Below the pieces are notes generated by a model. It had not been told where the DNA came from, searched no databases, and saw nothing but the letters and a program-made list of their open reading frames with translations. Of a stretch of 64,000 nt of DNA, positions 57,770-64,000 are shown piece by piece. Numbering within the stretch: position 1 is the stretch's first letter; each line of letters begins with the position of its first letter. The DNA is from Camelus dromedarius (lineage: Eukaryota): contig NC_087436.1 in assembly GCF_036321535.1 (NCBI RefSeq), forward strand, positions 13,454,001 through 13,518,000, written 5' to 3'. Position numbers and translations under genes: made by a program.

Positions 57770-60700
57770 CAGCTCAACAATAATGGAAACTTCGAAACCT
57801 ACTTTCAGCAAGGGACTGAACAAACAGGTAGGCAATAAAAGCAAACAGAAGACTCAAACAACACCATAAGCCAACTAGACCAACAGACACCTATAGAACT
57901 TTCCATTAAACAACAGCAGAATACACATTTTTCTCCAATTTTTCTATGAGTGGGCCAAAGATGGCCCCTATATTTTGGCTCTTATGTTGTTTACTTTTTC
58001 ACCGCAGGTTGGCCACCATCAGCTCAAAGCAAAACTCAAATTCTTACCTATACAATTGCTTTAAATATATCCAAAGTAAGTACATTTTAGCCATTTAGAG
58101 TATCTGCCTATTTTGCATACCCTGCAAAACCGTATCCAATATCAGTAAGTCACAGAGAACATAAACCCTGAGGGTATAAAAGAACCCAAAGCACTGCCGC
58201 CCCTCAGAGCTCTCTGACTCAGAGACACCACCCCCCATCCCACTGCTGAGTGACATCACCTTGACGCAGAAGTCTCCTCTCCACTCCCTTCTTCCCTGAG
58301 AGTTCACTTACCTTCTCCTCCATTTGGATGGTGGCCTCTGTCTCTAGAAGTTCTGCTGTGAGGGACTTCCCCTCTCATACAGCCCTGTCCAAATACCACC
58401 CAAGAAGCCCATTATGCACTATGGCCATCTCATGCTTGGGTCTTTCCTTGATCAGTCTCGAAATCCTTGGACTCACCCCACAAGTGCATGTGGAATGTTC
58501 TCCAGGATGGACCATATGTTAGGCCATATAACAAGTCTCAATATATTGAAAAGAGCCCAAATCATGCGAAGTATCTTCTTTAACCACAATGGGATGAAAT
58601 TAGAAATAAATAACAAAAGGAAATTTGGGAAATTTACAAATATATGAAAATTAAATACCACATTTCTAAGTGTGTTTGAAATTAAGCTGAATGAAAACAA
58701 AAAGTGAATATACCAAAATGCGTATGATGCAGTTAAAGCAATGCTCAGGGGGAAACAGCTGTAAATGCCTATATTAAAAAGGAAGAAAGATCTCAAATCA
58801 ACAATCTAAATTTCCACTTTAAAAAACAGGTAAAAAAGAAAAACTAAACCCAAAGCCAGCAGGATTAGAGCAGAAATTGATAAAATTGAGACTAGGAAAA
58901 CAATAGTGAAAATAAAGTTGATTGTTTAAAAAAAATCAGCAAAATTGACAAAAGTTTAGCTAGACTGACCAAAATAAAAAAAAGAGAGAAGGCCCACATT
59001 ACTAACGTTAGGAATGAAAGAGGGATATTTCCACCAACCTTGCAGAAGTAAAAAGGATTATGAGGGAATACTATGAGCAATTTTATGGCAATAAATTAGA
59101 TAATGTTAACACATTTAAAGAAGAGCTAATATCAGTCATTCACAAACTCATCCAAAAAATAGAAGAGGGGAACATTTCTCAACCCATACTATGAGGCCAA
59201 CATTGCCCTGAGGCTACAACCAGACAAAGAAATCCCAAGAAAAAAGACTACCAGCCAATATTGCTTATGAATATAAATGCAAAAAGCTTCAGCAATCCAG
59301 CAGCCTATTAAAAGGATTATACACCATGACCAAGTGGGACTCATCCCAGGAATGCTAAGTTGGTTTAACATATAAAAATCAATCAATGTGATGTATTATA
59401 TTAATAGAATAAAGGACTAAAACCACATGATCATATCAATAGACGCAGAAAAGTGCTTGACAAAATTCCACACCCTTTCGGGATAAAAATTCTCACTCAA
59501 AAAACTAGGAATAAAAAGGAACTTTCTCAATGTGATAAAGCCATCTACAAAGACCCCACAGTTAACCTCATACTTAATAGTGAAAAACTGAATGCTTTCT
59601 CATTAGGATCAAGAAAAAAAGAGTAATATCTACCCTAAGTATTCTTATTCAACATATTACTGAAAGTTCTAGCTGGTACAATAAGGCAAAAAGAAAAAAA
59701 AAAAAAGTGGGGAAGGAAGGGAAGGGGAAGGGAGGGAAGGTAAAGACGAGAAGGAGAGCGCAAGAATCCAGCTCAGAAAAGAAGCAACAGAACAACTACT
59801 GTTCACAGATGCCATGATCCTGTCAGCTAAGAAAATCCTAAGAAATCCACTAAAAAAACTATTAGAACAAACGAGAGCCACAAGGCTATAAAATACAAGA
59901 TCAACATCCAAAAATCTAGTGTAATTCTATCCTCTAGCACTGAACAATCCAAAAGTAAAATTGAGAAAATGATTCCATTTACCATAGAATTAAAAGAAGA
60001 AAATGTTTCAGAATCAATTTAAGAGATGAAGGGCAAGCTTTGTACACTGAAAATTATAAAACATCACTGAAAGAAATGAAAGAACTAAATACATGAAAAG
60101 ACATCTATGTTCATGAATTGGAAGACTTAATATTGCTAATATGATCATACTCCTCCGAATAGGTCTACAGATTCAATACAATCCCTGTCAATATCTCAGC
60201 TTCCTTTCTTGCAGAAATTGACAAGCTGACTCTAAAATTCTCATGAAAATGCAAGGGACCAAGAATAGCTAAGACAGGAAAAAAACAAAACAAAAAAACC
60301 AAAGCCAGAGGACTCACACTTCCCAACTTAAAAACTTAATACAAAGTTGCAGCAATGAAGACAGTGTGACACTGGTAAGGATAAACCTGTAGATCAAAAG
60401 AACAGAATTGAGAGTCTAGAAATCAACCTATATTATACTTATGGTCAATTTATTTTGAACAAGAGTGCTAAGACAATAATTCAATGGGGGAAAGCATAGT
60501 CTTTCTGACAAATGGTACCTGGAAAACTGGATATCTGCATGGAAAAAAATAACGTTGGACCTTTACCTCACACTATATAAAAATATTAATTTTAAATGGA
60601 TCAAAGACTTAAGTGTAAGAACTAAAACTATGAAACTCTTAGAAGAAAACATAGCAGCAAATCTTCACAGCCTGAGATTAGGCAAAGATTTCTTAGTTAT

Positions 60701-61712
60701 CACACCAGAAGCACCAAACAAAAGAAAAAATAGGGACATTTAAAATATTTGCGCTTCAAAACAGACCATCGAAATAATGAAAAGGCAACCCACAGAATGG
60801 AAGAAAATATTTGCAAATCATATACCTACTAAAAGACTGGTATCCAGAATATAATAAAAACTCTTAAAACTTAACAATAAAAAGACTAGTAACCCAATTT
60901 AAAAATGGGCAAAGGATCTAGACGTTCCTCCAAAGAAGATATACAAATAGCCAATGATCACATGAAAAGATGTTTGACATTATTAGTCATTAGGGAAATC
61001 ACAATGAGTTACCACTTCACACCCAGCAGAATGGCTAGAATCAAAAAGCCAGAGGATGTGGAGAAATCAGAACCTTCCTACTTCACTAGTGGGATTGCAA
61101 AATGGTACTGCTAATTTGAAAACAGCTTGGCAATTCCTCAAAATCTTAAACCTAGAGTTACCACATGACAGAGCAATTGTACTACAAATTGATGTAAGTA
61201 CTCAGGAGAATTAAGAACGTATATCCACAAAATCACTTGTATCTGAATTTTCATAGCAGTGTTAATCGTAAGAGCCAAAAAGTGGAAACAACCCAAGAGT
61301 CCATCAATTGATGAGTGGATAGCAAAATGTGGTGTAAGTATATAATGGAACATTATTTGGCCATGAAAAGAAGTGAAATATTGTTACATGCTACAACTGG
61401 GTAAACCCTGAAAACTTAGGCTAAGTGAAATAAGCAAGACACTAAAGACCACACGGTGTACAATTCCAATTATATATGAAACATCCAGAACAGGCAAATC
61501 TGTGCAGATAGAAAGTAGGCTGGTGGTTTCCTAGGAGACAGAGGATGGGAGAACTGGGGAGACACATCTAATGAATATGGGATTTCTCCCTGGGGTGATG
61601 AAAATGTACTGAAATTATATAGTGTTGATAGCTGTGCGGTTGAATCATACACTTCAAAAGGATGAATTGCATAGCAGGTGAATTATGTCTCAAGTCTGTT
61701 ATTTAAAAAAAG
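57770..61712 (+). mobile_element. Degraded L1 (L1MB-like) ORF2 and 3' UTR, ~3.9 kb, with deletions and a nested LTR
   Basis: Translated pieces FSRMDHMLGHITSLN, NHNGMKLEINN, LDLYLTLYKNINFKWIKDL and YHFTPSRMA; 3' UTR ggggtgatgaaaatgtactgaaatt...gtgaattatgtctcaa with an A tail. Confidence 0.92.
57945..58482 (+). mobile_element. ERV solo LTR inserted in the L1 endonuclease region
   Basis: L1 sequence breaks at acacatttttctcca and resumes at agtgcatgtggaatgttctccagg; the insert has aagatggcc near its start, TATAAAA at ~58175 and ends ...ccccaca. Confidence 0.78.
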
Positions 61713-63689
61713 GGGGGATCCCAAGGCTTAAGATCACACAGAGACTGTGTTATAAATGAGACTTGAAAGTTTGCTTGCCTCTACATCCCATTGTCTTAAC
61801 CATCAACTACACACCTGGGCTGCCTTCTTTTTTCACATTACAGACCTTCTAGAGAAGGTCAGCCATCCTATGGAGTGAATTTGCCCAAACACCAGATCTC
61901 TGTCTCTGCCCCTAACTTTTCTCCTGAGTCAGGGTGTGCCTCACACAGTGGACAACCCTCCCTGTGTGGCCTCGAGAGGCCTTGGAATCAACCTGTGTTA
62001 AATAAGTCAAATTTAACTTCCCCCTCCACAACCTCTTCTTCCTTGTATGAGCTGCTCTTACTGGGAGTTATTCCTCGCCAGCTGCTGCCCTTTTCATTCC
62101 TCGGGCTATTTGGAAAGAAAAGACAATTAACCTCCCCCCCAAGTCCAGTAAATGATGAAGTTTTTCAGGCTCAGGTTACAGCTCTGACCATTCCCCTGGC
62201 TGACTCTTCACCCAGAGGACATACTCCCAGGAGATTTGTCACTCTCATTTCACCTTAATAACATCTTAAGTATCTTCTTAGGATATGGACACAATAGCAA
62301 CTAAGGGGAAACAATAAAGACTTTATCTCCCAAAACTTCTAAAGAAGTGGGACCCTGACTCAAGTCTTGCTGTGCAGAGATCACCCATGCCTTTCTCCAC
62401 GTGAAACTTCCTTTGAGTTGATCTCTTAAGGTCATCCCCAGAACTATGGCCATTCCGGTAGAGGTCTTCAGGAAAACCTTAAACTGGTAAAGTCTAACTA
62501 GTCCCTAAATTACCCGAAAACTGTTGTATAGCTTCTAAAATTTTCCTCCTTTTGAGATCCAGCCATATGTGTTGGCTATAAAACTTAAACATACAGAAGT
62601 CATTTTATGCCAAGATATTAAAATTTTCAAATAGCCATATTTAGACAAAATGCCCAGCCCCCAGTTTTTTGTTTATAACCGTTTAGTTACTTAGAATAAC
62701 TGAAATCTTTCCCCGCCTCCCTCACACACACACACAAAAAAAAGCTAAAATCAATAACGAACAATCCAAAATGCTGATACTCCATTTTTCTGATACTGTA
62801 AAATAATGTGACTATGTGTTTTATTTCCATCTCTCCACCATTCCAACTGTTATATGATGGGCTGGGATTACTGCATTTATGGAATAAATTAGAAAAGCAG
62901 CTCTATTTCCAGCACTCACACGTGCCACATATTTTCAGCAGTTATGTGGCTAAACACCAAAACTTATGCTCCTTTGAAACAAGGATAGAATAACAGGCAG
63001 AAAGGAACAGACTCAAGCCTCACCTTGATGCTGTTCTCCTCCCAATCACATGCAGCATCCTCCAAGTGATGCCAGAAGTATGTCCCAGTCCTGATGAACA
63101 GTGCCACAGCATAAAACAAGAAATAGCATATGCACGTTCTTGGCCCAACTGCATGGAGCTATGTCAAGGGCACATTTTGGGCCTCTTATTTTAAGTTTGT
63201 AAAGAAGCACAGAGTTCTCAAGGGTCCTGTAATGTGTTAGAAGGCGAGAATCTGTGGCCACAGTGACAATAGCTCCCTCTCCTTCCTGAAAGAAACTCTG
63301 CAGGCAATGGGCTAAGGGAAAACATCTGTCCTGGAAATGTGACCACACCACCAATTCCATCTGGCTCCAGGCCAGGCATCGTGCTAGACACAGTGATGGA
63401 ATAAAGATGTAATCATCCAATGAATGGGTCTCTGCTCTCCCAGCCTTGGCAATTGGTGAGTGATAGACATACGGGCCAGCACCTTGAACTCAGAGCAGTC
63501 TGGAATAGAGGCAAAAGCAAAAAAGTTCTGGGAACGCAGGGTTGAGAGAGGCGTGTTCCCACGCGGGATCTGGGAAAGCCTGGTGAGAGAACCAGGTTGG
63601 CCAGGCCCTTCGATGGGGGGTAAGGGATGGGACTTGTGCAGATACAAATGAGGACAGCCAAAGGGGGTTCTAAGCAGAGGGGGTGGCCC

Positions 63690-63830
63690 AGAAGTCGTTA
63701 TTTGTCCTTAACTGTAAGTGAGGGGAGTGACAGTACTCCTACCTCATCGGGTGGTTCTGAGGATGAAATACACAGAAAGTACCTGGCGTTGGGAGGCACT
63801 GTAAAAAGCTTTAGCTCTTATGGTGGTGGG
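63690..63830 (+). mobile_element. MIR remnant
   Basis: ctgtaagtgaggggagtgacagtactcctacctcatcgggtggttctgaggatgaaat...cctggcgttgggaggcact. Confidence 0.75.
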
Positions 63831-64000
63831 GAGCATAAAAAGTAAGGCCAGAAAGGCACACTGGAAGGCTTTGTACCCCAGAAAATACTAACTGTGTCCT
63901 CTTGGCATTGCTTCTATAACTGATCTTGTTCCAAGCCCCCAGGTAGGACAACTCACTCAAGTCAAGAGAAAATAGAAATGTTAGTACTTCTCTTCCATGG

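Noticed and set aside
57770..61712. Active LINE-1
   Set aside because: No 5' UTR or ORF1, many stops and deletions, and an LTR in the endonuclease region.
1..64000. CRISPR arrays, operons, rRNA or other prokaryotic systems
   Set aside because: Intron-containing mammalian DNA; no repeat-spacer arrays or rRNA-like sequence seen.

Overview
Mammalian genomic DNA, very probably a camelid: it carries six tRNA-Ala-headed Vic-1-like SINEs and cetartiodactyl-type L1 3' ends. The only intact protein-coding gene is SFRP2 (+ strand, three coding exons 45981-46479, 48854-48934 and 52809-53113, 294 aa), with a CpG-island promoter and two further CpG islands upstream. The rest is intergenic DNA rich in L1, L2, MIR, MaLR/ERV solo LTRs and hAT (MER5/MER20) fossils. 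The main unexpected item is a ~1.5 kb stretch on the minus strand (~17390-18877), about 27 kb upstream of SFRP2. Translated through stops and frameshifts, it gives a colinear series of peptide matches to the C-terminal part of the bornavirus L polymerase, making it a candidate endogenous bornavirus-like L element (EBLL). That match is to a BoDV-1 L sequence recalled from memory and needs a tBLASTn/HMM check. Other oddities are a 264-bp insert between ~58-bp direct repeats that looks like captured pre-mRNA, a SINE with a ~195-bp 3' extension inside its TSD, a retroposed L1 5'-end-only fragment, and a hairpin/micro-duplication mosaic resembling a repair scar. Repeat family names are from pattern recognition, not from a RepeatMasker run.
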